Source: an uncultured Nitrospinota bacterium (lineage in GTDB: Bacteria > Tectomicrobia > Entotheonellia > J063 > CAVPRW01). From it: a stretch of 64,000 nt of DNA. Below the pieces are notes generated by a model, which did no database searches, was not told where the DNA came from, and saw only the letters and a program-made list of their open reading frames with translations. The number at the start of each line of letters is the position of its first letter. Position 1 is the first letter of the stretch. Positions 11,726 through 22,297 of the stretch are shown here, piece after piece. Position numbers and translations under genes: made by a program. Location of the stretch: positions 288,001 through 352,000 of the forward strand of contig CAVPRW010000031.1 of NCBI GenBank assembly GCA_963707985.1, given 5' to 3'.

Positions 11726-11910
11726 CTGTTGCTTCTCCTTCTGTGAGAAGATGTGCTTCTGCAGCGTGATGCCTCCGTAGTGGCCGTGTCTTGCCCGTCA
11801 TAGTTCAAGGCGGAGCGAGAAAGACCTGGCCGGATGGGCTGGCTCTCCGTCTTCCTCGCCCCTGGCAGCCTACGCGCATCCCGTGGTGGGACGGCGGGGG
11901 CTGGAACCGG

Positions 11911-12102
11911 TCAGGCGTCCTTCACCTTCTCCACGGCCTTCGCTACGGTTTCCTTGACCTTTTCCGCCACCCTCTCCGCTGTTTCCTTCACTTCCCCTAC
12001 CACCTGATCGAGCTTCCCCTCGTTCTTGAGGTTGTCGTCATCCGTAAGCACCCCTACCGCCTCTTTGATGCGCCCCTTGATCTGGTCGATCTTGCCACTC
12101 AT
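11911..12102 (-). CDS. csbD: CsbD family stress protein
   Basis: MSGKIDQIKGRIKEAVGVLTDDDNLKNEGKLDQVVG. Confidence 0.9.
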   Translation of the reverse strand: MSGKIDQIKGRIKEAVGVLTDDDNLKNEGKLDQVVGEVKETAERVAEKVKETVAKAVEKVKDA

Positions 12103-12246
12103 GATCTTCCCCCTTGTGTGCCCCCAGGCGGCCGCGCGTGCGGTCACCTCGGGTGGTTGTGCGGCGCTATGCCGCGTGACCGATGAGGCAGCGCCCTTCA
12201 GCCACTGCCTCTCTTCTGTAGAATCCTCCGGCTTGGTCAAGCGCCC

Positions 12247-13299
12247 TCATGCCGGAGTGGCGGCCGCGAGGTGCAGATCATCCTTGACCGCCCGCACGCC
12301 CGGGATCGCACGCGCGGCCATCGCCGCCTCTAGGCGCCGCGCCCCGTTGGCGACGGTCCCTGTCAGCCGCACGACACCATTCTTCACTTCCACGCCGATG
12401 TCCTTGAACGCCGCGGTCTCAAAGGCCTGCTTCACCGCGCGCGCCAGCTCCTCGTCGCGCGCCTTCACCGCGGCCTGCTTCGCACTCGCCACCACCTGCA
12501 GGTCGTTCACCACGCGCGTCACGCCGCTCACCTGACGGGCATCGGCCGCAGCGGCGGCCTTGGCTTGTTGCGAAGGCACGATCCCGAAGAGCGTGACAAC
12601 TCCCGCCTGCGTATCCACATTGATGTCGAGCGCCGGCGTCTGGCTGTCGGCCAGCAAGCGCATTTTCGTCTCTGAGGTGATCCACATATCGCTGGCCGCC
12701 TCTCGCACGCCGTGGGCCTCACGGGGCTGGTGCGGTGTGGGCTCACGCCAGATCTCCGCATCGGCCAGGGTGTCGGGGCTGTGGACCTCGCTGGCGACCC
12801 GCCGGACGCCCGGCACGCGGGCCACCACCTCCACGGCACGCCGGTGTGCACTCAAGGTCGGCGCCGTGCCGGCCAGTCGCACGACGCCCTGGTTGACGGA
12901 CTGCACGGCGATCTGGCTGTTCTGGAGGGAGGGATCAGCCCGCAACGCTTGCTCGACCCGTGGCTTCAGGGCGTCATCGGACACCTGCACGGCCTGCTCG
13001 CGCGGTGGGGCCGCCACCTGGAGCAGGTTGCGCACGCCCGTCACCCCGTCGATTTGCTGGGCCACGGTCGCCGCTTTCGCCTTCTCCCCGGCGGAACCCA
13101 CCTTGCCGTATAAGGTGACCCGGCCGAGGACGGTGTCCACGTGGACGGCCGTCCCGCTGACGCCCTCCGTGGTCAGGAGGGCCAGCTTGGTCTTCGTGGT
13201 GATCCAGGCGTCCGGCATGGCCGCTGCGGCCGGCACAGCCAGCGCGACGCCGAACACGACGGCGAGCACGCTGGACTTGATCCATGATGTACTGTACAT
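12247..13299 (-). CDS. Four-BON-domain OsmY-like periplasmic protein
   Basis: Signal peptide, DAWITTKTKLALL, VDT..G.VTL.G, GVxxV.N.L repeats. Confidence 0.9.
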   Translation of the reverse strand: MYSTSWIKSSVLAVVFGVALAVPAAAAMPDAWITTKTKLALLTTEGVSGTAVHVDTVLGRVTLYGKVGSAGEKAKAATVAQQIDGVTGVRNLLQVAAPPREQAVQVSDDALKPRVEQALRADPSLQNSQIAVQSVNQGVVRLAGTAPTLSAHRRAVEVVARVPGVRRVASEVHSPDTLADAEIWREPTPHQPREAHGVREAASDMWITSETKMRLLADSQTPALDINVDTQAGVVTLFGIVPSQQAKAAAAADARQVSGVTRVVNDLQVVASAKQAAVKARDEELARAVKQAFETAAFKDIGVEVKNGVVRLTGTVANGARRLEAAMAARAIPGVRAVKDDLHLAAATPA

Positions 13300-13418
13300 A
13301 ATGTGTCTCCTGTGTATGAAGCGTTTGTAGTGACGTGCCTGTGCGACGGACGAGTGGAGTGGCCTGATCCCGCGAGAGCACTGAGACAGGCGAGACACGG
13401 CTCCACTCGTGCCTGGGG

Positions 13419-13490
13419 AATGTACTGCAAGCGTCCCACGCCGTCTGTGAGATTCCTGCTCAAAATGTTGGAATCTTGCGACAATCGGGC
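13419..13490. promoter_or_regulatory. Conserved 72-bp upstream element, copy 2
   Basis: Near-identical to 7963-8034, 120 bp upstream of the BON gene. Confidence 0.7.
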
Positions 13491-13975
13491 TGCCGGGGGA
13501 CAGAGGGAGCAGAGACCCTTGCCACTAGAGCCTCCAGCCTTGCTGGCCTTGATGGGGATCTATCTGTTTCACTTTACGGTCTTGTGGGAAATACTCGGGG
13601 AGGATGCTTAGCGGCAATCCACTCACGCCTTAGGCCTCTCGATTCTGCCGGGCCTGGAAGGGGAGTACCGGGTCGCGGCATTTCGTTTCGTTGAGAGGAG
13701 AGGCAGCCCACCGGCCTTCTAGCGAGATGGGGGCACCATCGACGCGTACTGGAAGGCCGACGCGAATCTGCTGGACCCGTCGGCGGACGTCCAGCTGCCT
13801 GAGTCCCAAGTGGCAGGACGCGCGGCGTCAACCTATGGGCCAGCGGTGATTTAGCGAAGGAAATCGTAACGCTGCAGGCGCTCGTGGCGTGGTTGGAGAA
13901 TGCTAAGCAGGAGGAGGTGCGTACCTGGATGCGGTCCGGGACAGTCCCTACTCCTGGTCGACTGGGACCTGGCCT

Positions 13976-14314
13976 TTAGGCTGCTGAAGACGCCGGAGGT
14001 GTGGGAGATGCCGTGTCAGCACGATGCGAGAAGATGTCCTCCATGAGCCTCATCCCTTGGGATGTCATCCCGATCGTTTGCTGATGGGTCTGACGTTGCG
14101 CGTGGTCCATCACCGTACGACCCACCGTAGTCATCCGAGGGACGTCGGTCAGTTCCACAAACCCTTCCCGTTCGAGCGCGCGTTGGATGCCTTTCGTCAC
14201 ACGTTCCTCGAACCCCAGGGCATCAATCAGCGTCTCATAGGGGACTCCCTGGCGCGCGTCTCCTGCACTGCGTGTGTAAAGTTCGTAGAGGAACGCCATA
14301 CGGTCCTGCTCCAT
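13976..14314 (-). CDS. Hypothetical protein, possible winged-helix
   Basis: FLYELY...LIDALG...ALEREGFVE...IGMTSQGMRLME pattern resembles wHTH. Confidence 0.5.
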   Translation of the reverse strand: MEQDRMAFLYELYTRSAGDARQGVPYETLIDALGFEERVTKGIQRALEREGFVELTDVPRMTTVGRTVMDHAQRQTHQQTIGMTSQGMRLMEDIFSHRADTASPTPPASSAA

Positions 14315-14532
14315 CGCTTTGAATGCAATCAATGCAGTCTCCTTCTGGTGTCATCGTGTCCAGCCCGCCCCGATGATGGTTCCAGGAGCGGGCTGTAAGG
14401 CAGGACGTCATGTCTAGCTTGGGATGGCCTCTTCCTATTGGACAACGTAGCGTAAAGCCACCCCCTCTGCCCCGATTGGGACACCATCCGCAAGTTGCCA
14501 GGGCCAGGCCGATGGCGGTGGTCCGCACCGCG

Positions 14533-14724
14533 CTAGCCTGCTGCAGACGGGCAGGTAAACATCTGATACTCGTCGATCAGGCTCGTCCACGCCCCGTCAC
14601 TAAACCGATGGCCGGCCCCGTGCATGTCCGTAAGGGACAGCTCCAGCACCGTACCTTCCGCCGACTCCACCACAAGCACGATGGGCGAAGTTTTGTACAC
14701 CGCGAGCACTTTTGCAATGGTCAT
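14533..14724 (-). CDS. Small hypothetical protein
   Basis: RBS GGAGG then MTIAKVLAVYKTSPIVLVVES, protein-like composition. Confidence 0.5.
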   Translation of the reverse strand: MTIAKVLAVYKTSPIVLVVESAEGTVLELSLTDMHGAGHRFSDGAWTSLIDEYQMFTCPSAAG

Positions 14725-14874
14725 GGGTGGCACCCTCCACTTCTCACGAATTGTCGTATTCACGAGGTCCTCACACCCCACAAACACCTCACCACCCCGC
14801 CGCCTCACTAGACACGGCGGGGGCTGTCCGTCCTGTACCTCACACCCCAGCGGCCGTAGGTCCCCGCGCCACCG

Positions 14875-15321
14875 CTAGACAGTGATCGGAATCCCCTGCG
14901 GTCGGGCCGCGTCACGTTTAGGCAGCCGTAAGGCGAGCACACCATTCTTATACGTGGCCTGGACCTGCGCCTGATCTACGATCGAGGGCAGTCGAAAGGC
15001 ACGCTGGAAGGCGCCATAGCGGCCTTCTTCCCGCTGGTAATGTCCTCCCTTGATGGCCGGTTCGCGTGTGCGTTCCCCGCTCAGCCTGAGGGTATGCTCG
15101 TGGAGCTCAACGCTGATAGCATCCGTGGCGACCCCCGGTAGCTCCACCTCAAGGACGAGCGCGTCGTCCGTCTCATAGATATCAACCGGAGGCTCCCAGG
15201 TGCCAGTCACCTCGGCGCCCCCATGGCCGCGATCATTCTCAAGGGCGTGACGAAACAGATGATGGATCTCCTCAGGCATCGACATAAAATTTCTGGATGG
15301 ACTCCAACGTACGAACGTCAT
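14875..15321 (-). CDS. Hsp20/alpha-crystallin small heat shock protein
   Basis: WEPPVDIYETDD, ELPGV, YGAFQRAFRLP, ATYKNGVLALRLPK. Confidence 0.95.
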   Translation of the reverse strand: MTFVRWSPSRNFMSMPEEIHHLFRHALENDRGHGGAEVTGTWEPPVDIYETDDALVLEVELPGVATDAISVELHEHTLRLSGERTREPAIKGGHYQREEGRYGAFQRAFRLPSIVDQAQVQATYKNGVLALRLPKRDAARPQGIPITV

Positions 15322-15413
15322 ACCTCTCCTTCTCGGTCTGCACTACTCCTGCGCGAAGATCCTGGTAGGTCCAAGCCCAGCCGCGCGTCACTTTCTGAGT
15401 TGCTTCACACATT

Positions 15414-15443
15414 ACTATACTTCATGAGTGTATAAATATCAAG
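15414..15443 (-). promoter_or_regulatory. Sigma70 promoter of hsp20 with overlapping HAIR-like operator
   Basis: Minus strand TTGATA-17nt-TATAGT. CATGAGT-N7-TATCAAG at 15423-15443 vs HAIR CTTGAGT-N7-ACTCAAG. Confidence 0.6.
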
Positions 15444-15703
15444 AAAACTATGCATGTAATACTACTATAAGACTAATGATACGCTGTGCACCTCTCCACA
15501 GCGAGCCCCTCCTAAGGAGCAGGCGGGAGCTCTATGTGACCAAAGAGCTCGTCTCAAGATAGCTCTAGGACCGTTGAAGAGATACCTTGCTGTCGTCGAA
15601 AAGCCTTCCCAATGTATTGCTTTTAAGGTTTTTTATGGTATTCTATAGAGCAGTATTAATGTATTCTCTCAACTAACCTCTAAATAGAGTTCAGGAGGAT
15701 GAC

Positions 15704-16066
15704 ATGAGCCCTGCAAAGACGCCCACGCAATTGCGGTTGACCCAGGATCTGCTCGAACGCGCTGATGCCCTTATCGAGGTCATGGCCGCGGACCCAGAAG
15801 TCCGGGCCTTGGGCATGCCGACACGCACAGCAGTGTTGCGCTTGGCCATTGCCCGCGGCTTGCGGGACCTGGAACGCCAGTACCAACCACCAGCGCCGGC
15901 CTATGCGTCGGGGCCCCATTTCCCTACCATGCCCCATGATGCGACTGCCCGCTCACGCGAGGGGACGCTCTCGCACGTGTATGCGGGGCGTGACGGTGAG
16001 GACCAGGAGACGAAAGCGCCGCATAACGGGTCCGGCGTGTCTGCACCCGCACCGAAAGCACGGTGA
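15704..16066 (+). CDS. Ribbon-helix-helix (CopG-like) DNA-binding protein
   Basis: KTPTQLRLTQDLLERADAL...TRTAVLRLAIARGL, RBS AGGAGG. Confidence 0.6.
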   Translation: MSPAKTPTQLRLTQDLLERADALIEVMAADPEVRALGMPTRTAVLRLAIARGLRDLERQYQPPAPAYASGPHFPTMPHDATARSREGTLSHVYAGRDGEDQETKAPHNGSGVSAPAPKAR

Positions 16067-16323
16067 TGCGTATGGGCCGATGGCAACCGAGTATTGTGAT
16101 TGATGTGCAGATGTTGGTGACCCAGGCGGCCAACGTTGCCATCATGGAACGTGAGATGGGACACCCGCCACGGATTATCCGTGCCCCAGATGCATGTTAT
16201 CTCTTTCAGGCGCGCGATGAAGAGCGGCTGCCAAGCTTGGTGGACCGCTGGGAATCCTATGGCATCGCGGCTCAGGTAGTCCTGGTTCCTCCTGGGGGTG
16301 GGCCTGAATCCCGTCAAAGATAG
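16063..16323 (+). CDS. Hypothetical protein
   Basis: GTGA overlap with the RHH gene stop. Confidence 0.45.
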   Translation: MMRMGRWQPSIVIDVQMLVTQAANVAIMEREMGHPPRIIRAPDACYLFQARDEERLPSLVDRWESYGIAAQVVLVPPGGGPESRQR

Positions 16324-16576
16324 GCAGTGACCCCAGAAGGCCAACAGCTGGGGTGATCGGCAGATCGGTCCCTGCATCACGCACAGTATCAGAGATTACG
16401 TCAAGACGGGACACGACCACGCAGCGGATACGCTGAACCATGCAACCGAAAAGCTTGCTGACACGATTACCGAGGCTGGGCAGATGCGGAACAATGCCGC
16501 CGAAGAGCCGAGGACACTACATTCAAGGTGGTTCCATGGATGGCGGAGGCATACATCGCAAGGGAAGGAGAGTCTC

Positions 16577-17092
16577 ATGCAGAACTGGCATAACGCACTC
16601 CCACGCTGGGACGACGGGCCTCCAGCCTGGCAACCCCAGCCAGGCGAGGTCCTGGCTGGGGTGATCGACCGCTACACCATCAGCGATACCCCCCAGGGAC
16701 TGGTCCGGACGGTGATTTTGACCGAGGCGCGGACGGGAGAGCAGGTCAGTCTGCGCCTGGCCTCAAGGTGCTTGCTGTCTTTGTTCGCGCAGTATCAGCC
16801 CCACCCTGGAGAACGGATTGATGTACGCTACCGGTGGAATGCCCCGGACCATGGTTATCAGCGGTGGAGGCTCCTCATGGACCGCCCAGAGGCGCTTGAT
16901 TTTTCCCCGTTGGGTGGGGAAGCATCCGACGAGGCGCCTTGGCACCGACAGCCGCGCAGATATAGCGTCGTCGCCGCATCGCCGCCTTACACAGTGGACG
17001 GGCAGCTCAGCCAGCGCGCCCCACACTCCCAGCGTACAACTCGCCAGACGCGGCTGAGGATGAAGCCTAGGACAGCCACCAACCCGGGCTGA
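16577..17092 (+). CDS. Hypothetical protein, possible OB-fold ssDNA-binding type
   Basis: RBS AAGGAG; WQPQPGEVLAGVI...PHPGERIDVRY pattern. Confidence 0.5.
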   Translation: MQNWHNALPRWDDGPPAWQPQPGEVLAGVIDRYTISDTPQGLVRTVILTEARTGEQVSLRLASRCLLSLFAQYQPHPGERIDVRYRWNAPDHGYQRWRLLMDRPEALDFSPLGGEASDEAPWHRQPRRYSVVAASPPYTVDGQLSQRAPHSQRTTRQTRLRMKPRTATNPG

Positions 17093-17397
17093 ACAGCGAT
17101 GCTGCAAGGGGCACGCGGCGGCAATACACGTGCCTGCGCCCCGCAGGCAGTCGCGGCAGGGAGGTAAACGCGCGTTTAGACCTCACCAATGGCGTAAGCT
17201 CGTATGGCCCACCCTGCCTTAGTGCCAAGCATGGAACACAGCTTTAGGCTATACATGGCTCTTCGCACCATACCTGCCCATATCAACCTCGGCGCTCGTG
17301 GCAGCTCACCCCGAGTGGCCATTAGGGATTCGCGGGGCGGTGGTAGCCGGGGTGACCAGCGTTGGTTTTTGCACGACCCGGCACTGGACCATATTCC

Positions 17398-20300
17398 TCA
17401 AGGGACATAGCCAAGATTGGGTGCCAGCCACTTCTCGACTTCCGTGAGCTCCATCCCTTTGCGCTTGGCATACGCTCTGACCTGATCCCGATCGACTCTC
17501 CCAACATTGAAATAGCGTGCCTGAGGATGGGCGAAGTACAAACCGCTCACCGTCGCCGCCGGCATCATGGCGGCGCTCTCGGTGAGGTACATGCCGGCCG
17601 CAGAGGCTTTAAGCTCGGCGAACAGCGTGCATTTCTCGCTATGATCGGGGCACGCAGGATAGCCAAGGGCGGGTCGAATGCCGCGATACTGCTGGCCGAT
17701 CAACGCTTCGAGGCTCAGCCGTTCGCTCGTCCCATAGCCCCACTCCCGCCGCACCCGTTGATGGAGATATTCGGCGAACGCTTCAGCCAGGCGATCGGCC
17801 AGGGCTTTGACCATGATCGCGTTGTAATCATCGTGGTCCTGCTCGAAGCGTCGAACAAGCGCATCCGCTCCCAGCCCGGCCGTAACGGCAAACCCACCCA
17901 GATAGTCGGCCAAACCGCTGTCGACGGGTGCAATGAAGTCGGCCAGGGACAGATAGGGACGCGTGTCGTTATGGACTTCCTGCTGCCGCAGCATATAAAA
18001 GCGAGCCAACTCCTGCCGCCGCGTGTCGTCGATGTAGAGGATGATGTCGTCGCCGTCGCTATTGGCGGGCCATAAGCCATAGACGCCCTTGGCGGTCAAC
18101 AGGCGTTCGTCGATGATGCGCTGCAACAGTTCCCTGGCGTTCGCATACAGCTCGCGCGCCGCCTCGCCGTATTGGGGATGCTCCAGGATCTGCGGAAATT
18201 TTCCCTTCAGCTCCCAGGCCACGAAGAGGAATGTCCAATCGATATACGAGGCGATCTCGGCCAGCGGTACATCATCCAGCAATCGACGGCCCGTAAATGA
18301 CGGCACAGAAATGTCGGTTGGACGCCACTCGATCTTCAGCCGTCCGGCAAGCGCCGCGTCGTATGGGACCAGAACGCTCTCGCGCCTCCTCGCAAAGACA
18401 GCGCGCAAGCGCTCATGCTCATCGCGAGCCGCTTGATCGAAGGTCTCACGCTGTTTGGGATCGAGCAGGCTCGCCACCACCCCGACGGCGCGTGAAGCAT
18501 CGAGCACGTGCACAGTGCTCTGGCTGAACTGCGGGGCGATCTTCACGGCCGTATGCTGCGCGCTGGTCGTCGCGCCCCCGATCAGCAGCGGGAGGGTAAA
18601 CCCCCGACGCTGCATTTCTTTGGCAACGAACACCATCTCGTCGAGGGACGGGGTAATGAGCCCACTTAAGCCGACGACATCGGCTTGCACATCGAGGGCC
18701 GTCTGCAATATCTTATCGCAGGGCACCATGACACCGAGGTCGATGACCTGATAATTGTTGCAGCCAAGCACGACACCGACGATGTTCTTGCCGATATCGT
18801 GCACATCGCCTTTGACCGTCGCCAGCACGACCGTGCCCTGCGAGGTGGGTTTGCCCGCATCCCCCTTCTCCGCCTCCATAAAGGGCAGGAGATAGGCCAC
18901 CGCCTTCTTCATGGCCCGTGCACTCTTCACCACTTGCGGTAGGAACATCTTGCCGGCGCCAAAGAGATCGCCAACGATCTGCATGCCGCTCATCAGCGGA
19001 CCTTCAATGATCTCCAGGGGGCGGGCATAGCGCTGCCGTGCTTCTTCTAGATCAAGATCGAGGAATTCAACCTCACCTTTGACCACGGCATAAGATAAGC
19101 GCTCCTCAACGCTGCCCTCACGCCACGACAGGTCGAGTGCCTTTTTCTGGCCCTCTCCCTTAACGGTCTCAGCCAGAGTGATCATGCGTTCGGTCGCATC
19201 TGCTCGACGATCGAAGAGCAAGTCCTCGACATGTTCGAGCAAGTCCTTGGGAATTTCCTCGTAGATCCCGAGCTGCCCGGCGTTGACAATCCCCATGTCC
19301 ATGCCGGCCCGGATAGCATGGTAGAGAAAGGCCGAGTGGATCGCCTCACGTACCAGGTCGTTGCCGCGGAAGGCAAAGGAGAGATTGCTCACACCTCCGC
19401 TGATCTTGGCTCCGGGGCAGGTCTGCTTGATCATCGTGGTGGCCTTGAGGTAATTGATGGCGAAGCGATTATGCTCCTCGATACCGGTGCCGATGGCCAG
19501 GATGTTCGGATCAAAGATGATGTCGTGCGGATCGAATCCCACCCGTTCGGTGAGGAGGTGGTAGGCCCGCTGGCAGATTGCGACTTTGCGCTCAACGGTT
19601 TCCGCCTGTCCCTGCTCATCAAAGGCCATCACCACTACGCCGGCGCCATAACGCTTGATGCGTCGGGCTTTATCGAGGAAGTCCTGCTCGCCTTCTTTGA
19701 GGCTGATGGAGTTGACGATGCCCTTGCCCTGCACGCACTTCAATCCAGCCTCGATCACCGACCATTTGGAGCTATCGACCATGATCGGCAGCCGTGCGAT
19801 CTCCGGCTCGGTGGCCAGCAGATTGAGAAATGTGGTCATGGCCTGCTCGGAGTCGAGCATCGCCTCGTCCATGTTCACATCCAGAATGTTGGCGCCCCCC
19901 CGCACCTGGTCCAGGGCCACGTCCATCGCCGCTGTGAAATCGCCGCTTTTGATCAAGCGCGCAAAACGGCGTGAGCCGGTGACATTGGTGCGCTCACCGA
20001 TCATGATGAAGTTGCTGTCCGGGCGGATGGTCAGCGTCTCTAGCCCACTGAATTGGGTGTAACGCTCCGCTGGTTGTGGCACGACTCGCGGTGCCATGCC
20101 CTCGACCGCCTGGGCGATGGCGCGAATATGATCAGGGGTGGTGCCACAGCAGCCACCGAGAATGTTGACCAGGCCGCTGGCGGCAAACTCACGCAGCAAG
20201 CCAGCGGTCGTTTCCGCCTGTTCATCATAGTCGCCGAAAGCGTTCGGCAGCCCCGCGTTCGGGTAGCAACTCACATATGTCGTAGCGATTTTCGCCAGTT

Positions 20301-21084
20301 CGGCCATGTAGGGTCGCATCTCGCTGGCGCCAAGCGCGCAATTGATGCCAACGCAAAAAGGTTGCGTCTGGGCGATAGAAGTCCAGAAGGCGTCGATCGT
20401 CTGTCCCGACAACGTACGTCCGCTGCGGTCCGTGATGGTCACCGAAATCAGCAGCGGTAGCGTCACACCCTTTTCGTCGAATAACTCCTGGATGGCCACA
20501 AGGGCGGCCTTGGCGTTGAGGGTGTCGAAGATCGTCTCGAGGACCAGGAGGTCCACACCACCGTCGATCAGGCCACGCACTTGTTCAGCATAGGTCGCGC
20601 GGAGTTGATCGAACGTCAAGGCGCGGAAGGCTGGGTCGTTGACATCGGGCGACAGCGACAGCGTACGATTGGTAGGACCAATGGCGCCGGCGACAAAGCG
20701 CGGTTTCTGCGGTGTGCGGGCGGTCCACTCTGCCGTGGCTTGTTTGGCCAGCCGAGCAGCCTGCAAGTTGATCTCATACACCACGGCTTGCAGGCCGTAA
20801 TCGGCCTGCGCCACGGCGGTGGCGGTAAACGTATTGGTTTCGATGATATCGCTGCCAGCCGCGAGATAGGCGTGATGGATGCCTGAGATGACGTCTGGGC
20901 GGGTCAGCGTCAACAGATCATTATCCCCTTGGACATCGTGAGCGTGATCCTTAAACCGCTCCCCACGGAAGGCCGCTTCGTCGAGTCGGTGGCACTGGAT
21001 CATGGTGCCCATAGCGCCATCCATAATCAGGATGCGCTCAGAGAGCAAGGTTTCGAGGAGCTGGCGCTGAGGTACAGTCACCAT
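17398..21084 (-). CDS. metH: Cobalamin-dependent methionine synthase
   Basis: [42 protein letters not shown]. Confidence 0.98.
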   Translation of the reverse strand: MVTVPQRQLLETLLSERILIMDGAMGTMIQCHRLDEAAFRGERFKDHAHDVQGDNDLLTLTRPDVISGIHHAYLAAGSDIIETNTFTATAVAQADYGLQAVVYEINLQAARLAKQATAEWTARTPQKPRFVAGAIGPTNRTLSLSPDVNDPAFRALTFDQLRATYAEQVRGLIDGGVDLLVLETIFDTLNAKAALVAIQELFDEKGVTLPLLISVTITDRSGRTLSGQTIDAFWTSIAQTQPFCVGINCALGASEMRPYMAELAKIATTYVSCYPNAGLPNAFGDYDEQAETTAGLLREFAASGLVNILGGCCGTTPDHIRAIAQAVEGMAPRVVPQPAERYTQFSGLETLTIRPDSNFIMIGERTNVTGSRRFARLIKSGDFTAAMDVALDQVRGGANILDVNMDEAMLDSEQAMTTFLNLLATEPEIARLPIMVDSSKWSVIEAGLKCVQGKGIVNSISLKEGEQDFLDKARRIKRYGAGVVVMAFDEQGQAETVERKVAICQRAYHLLTERVGFDPHDIIFDPNILAIGTGIEEHNRFAINYLKATTMIKQTCPGAKISGGVSNLSFAFRGNDLVREAIHSAFLYHAIRAGMDMGIVNAGQLGIYEEIPKDLLEHVEDLLFDRRADATERMITLAETVKGEGQKKALDLSWREGSVEERLSYAVVKGEVEFLDLDLEEARQRYARPLEIIEGPLMSGMQIVGDLFGAGKMFLPQVVKSARAMKKAVAYLLPFMEAEKGDAGKPTSQGTVVLATVKGDVHDIGKNIVGVVLGCNNYQVIDLGVMVPCDKILQTALDVQADVVGLSGLITPSLDEMVFVAKEMQRRGFTLPLLIGGATTSAQHTAVKIAPQFSQSTVHVLDASRAVGVVASLLDPKQRETFDQAARDEHERLRAVFARRRESVLVPYDAALAGRLKIEWRPTDISVPSFTGRRLLDDVPLAEIASYIDWTFLFVAWELKGKFPQILEHPQYGEAARELYANARELLQRIIDERLLTAKGVYGLWPANSDGDDIILYIDDTRRQELARFYMLRQQEVHNDTRPYLSLADFIAPVDSGLADYLGGFAVTAGLGADALVRRFEQDHDDYNAIMVKALADRLAEAFAEYLHQRVRREWGYGTSERLSLEALIGQQYRGIRPALGYPACPDHSEKCTLFAELKASAAGMYLTESAAMMPAATVSGLYFAHPQARYFNVGRVDRDQVRAYAKRKGMELTEVEKWLAPNLGYVP

Positions 21085-21176
21085 ATCGAGATCATTCCCT
21101 ACTGGGGTGTGGACGGAGGTGATCCGCGGTCAAGCGCTGGTCATCCTCCTGGCTACACCGAGACATTTGCGCTCCA

Positions 21177-22220
21177 TTATGGATAGATGCCGGGAAACTT
21201 CAGCCCGGTTTCCTCCGGCAGTCCACACATGAGATTCAGATTCTGTACCGCCTGACCGGCGGCGCCCTTGCCTAAATTGTCAATGACGGCGATAGCGATG
21301 GCCACCCCGGCACGCTGATTCACTCTAACAGCGACGTCGCAGAAATTCGAGCCCAGGGTAGCCTTGGTCTCGGGTAGCGCATTCTCGAGCACACGAACGA
21401 AGGGTTCACGCGCATACGTTTGTCGATAGAGCGCGAGCGCGTCAGGCTCCGACAGATCACTCGCCAGTGGGGCGTACGCCGTGACCAGAATGCCTCGTGT
21501 CATCGGGATGAGGTGTGGGGTGAAGACGACTTGCACGGTCGTCCCGGCGATGCCCGACAGCTCCTGCTCGATCTCCGCCGTATGGTTATGTCCCACCACG
21601 CTGTAGGCTTTGACGTTCTCGTTGGTCTCGGAAAACCCCAACCCGCCGCCACCTCCACGTCCTGCGCCCGACACGCCGGACTTGGCGTCGATGATGATCC
21701 CCTGGGGACGTACTTTGCCAGCACGCAACAAGGGCGCCAACGCCAGAATGGCCGCCGCCGGATAGCAGCCGGGATCCGCCACCAAGCGGGCACGGGCGAT
21801 CGCGTCGCGATGCAGTTCCGAGAGACCATACACCGCCTCGTCCAGATACTCCGGAGCGGTGTGCGTGAGCTTGTACCATTGGGGATAGAGCTCAGGCTGT
21901 TTCAGCCTGAAATCGGCGGCGACATCGATCACCTTGGTGCCCTGTTTCAGTAAGTCCGGCACCAGGCTCATGGCCATGCCGCTGGGCAGCGACACAATGG
22001 TTACGTCTGACTCACCGCCGATGCGTTCGAGATCAGCCTCGACCATGGTTTGATCCACAAAGCCGCGCAGGTTCGGATAGAGAGTAGACATGGCCGTGCC
22101 CTTCTTGGTCTCCGCCGTCACATGCACGAGCTGTACGAGTGGGTGCGTTGCGAGCAGACGCACCGTCTCCGCCCCCCCATACCCCGAGGCCCCGATCACA
22201 CTGACTTTAATCCTGTCCAC
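21177..22220 (-). CDS. argC: N-acetyl-gamma-glutamyl-phosphate reductase
   Basis: GASGYGG, PGCYP, SGVSGAGR, IDNLGKGAAGQAVQN. Confidence 0.97.
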   Translation of the reverse strand: MDRIKVSVIGASGYGGAETVRLLATHPLVQLVHVTAETKKGTAMSTLYPNLRGFVDQTMVEADLERIGGESDVTIVSLPSGMAMSLVPDLLKQGTKVIDVAADFRLKQPELYPQWYKLTHTAPEYLDEAVYGLSELHRDAIARARLVADPGCYPAAAILALAPLLRAGKVRPQGIIIDAKSGVSGAGRGGGGGLGFSETNENVKAYSVVGHNHTAEIEQELSGIAGTTVQVVFTPHLIPMTRGILVTAYAPLASDLSEPDALALYRQTYAREPFVRVLENALPETKATLGSNFCDVAVRVNQRAGVAIAIAVIDNLGKGAAGQAVQNLNLMCGLPEETGLKFPGIYP

Positions 22221-22297
22221 CGATGTTCTCCCAGTACCCTGATGCGTCCGCCAGCTTCGTCAATAGTTTGCCTCCCCCAGGGGGAGGAGGAATTTGG

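Noticed and set aside
13419..13445. Sigma54 promoter in the conserved element
   Set aside because: GG-to-GC spacing is 12 nt in both copies, not the required 10
21085..21176. Cobalamin/SAM riboswitch before metH
   Set aside because: Only ~90 bp and no recognisable conserved riboswitch motifs
17362..21186. Long antisense ORFs over metH (similarly over glgX, katA and the ATPase)
   Set aside because: Shadow ORFs expected in GC-rich coding DNA
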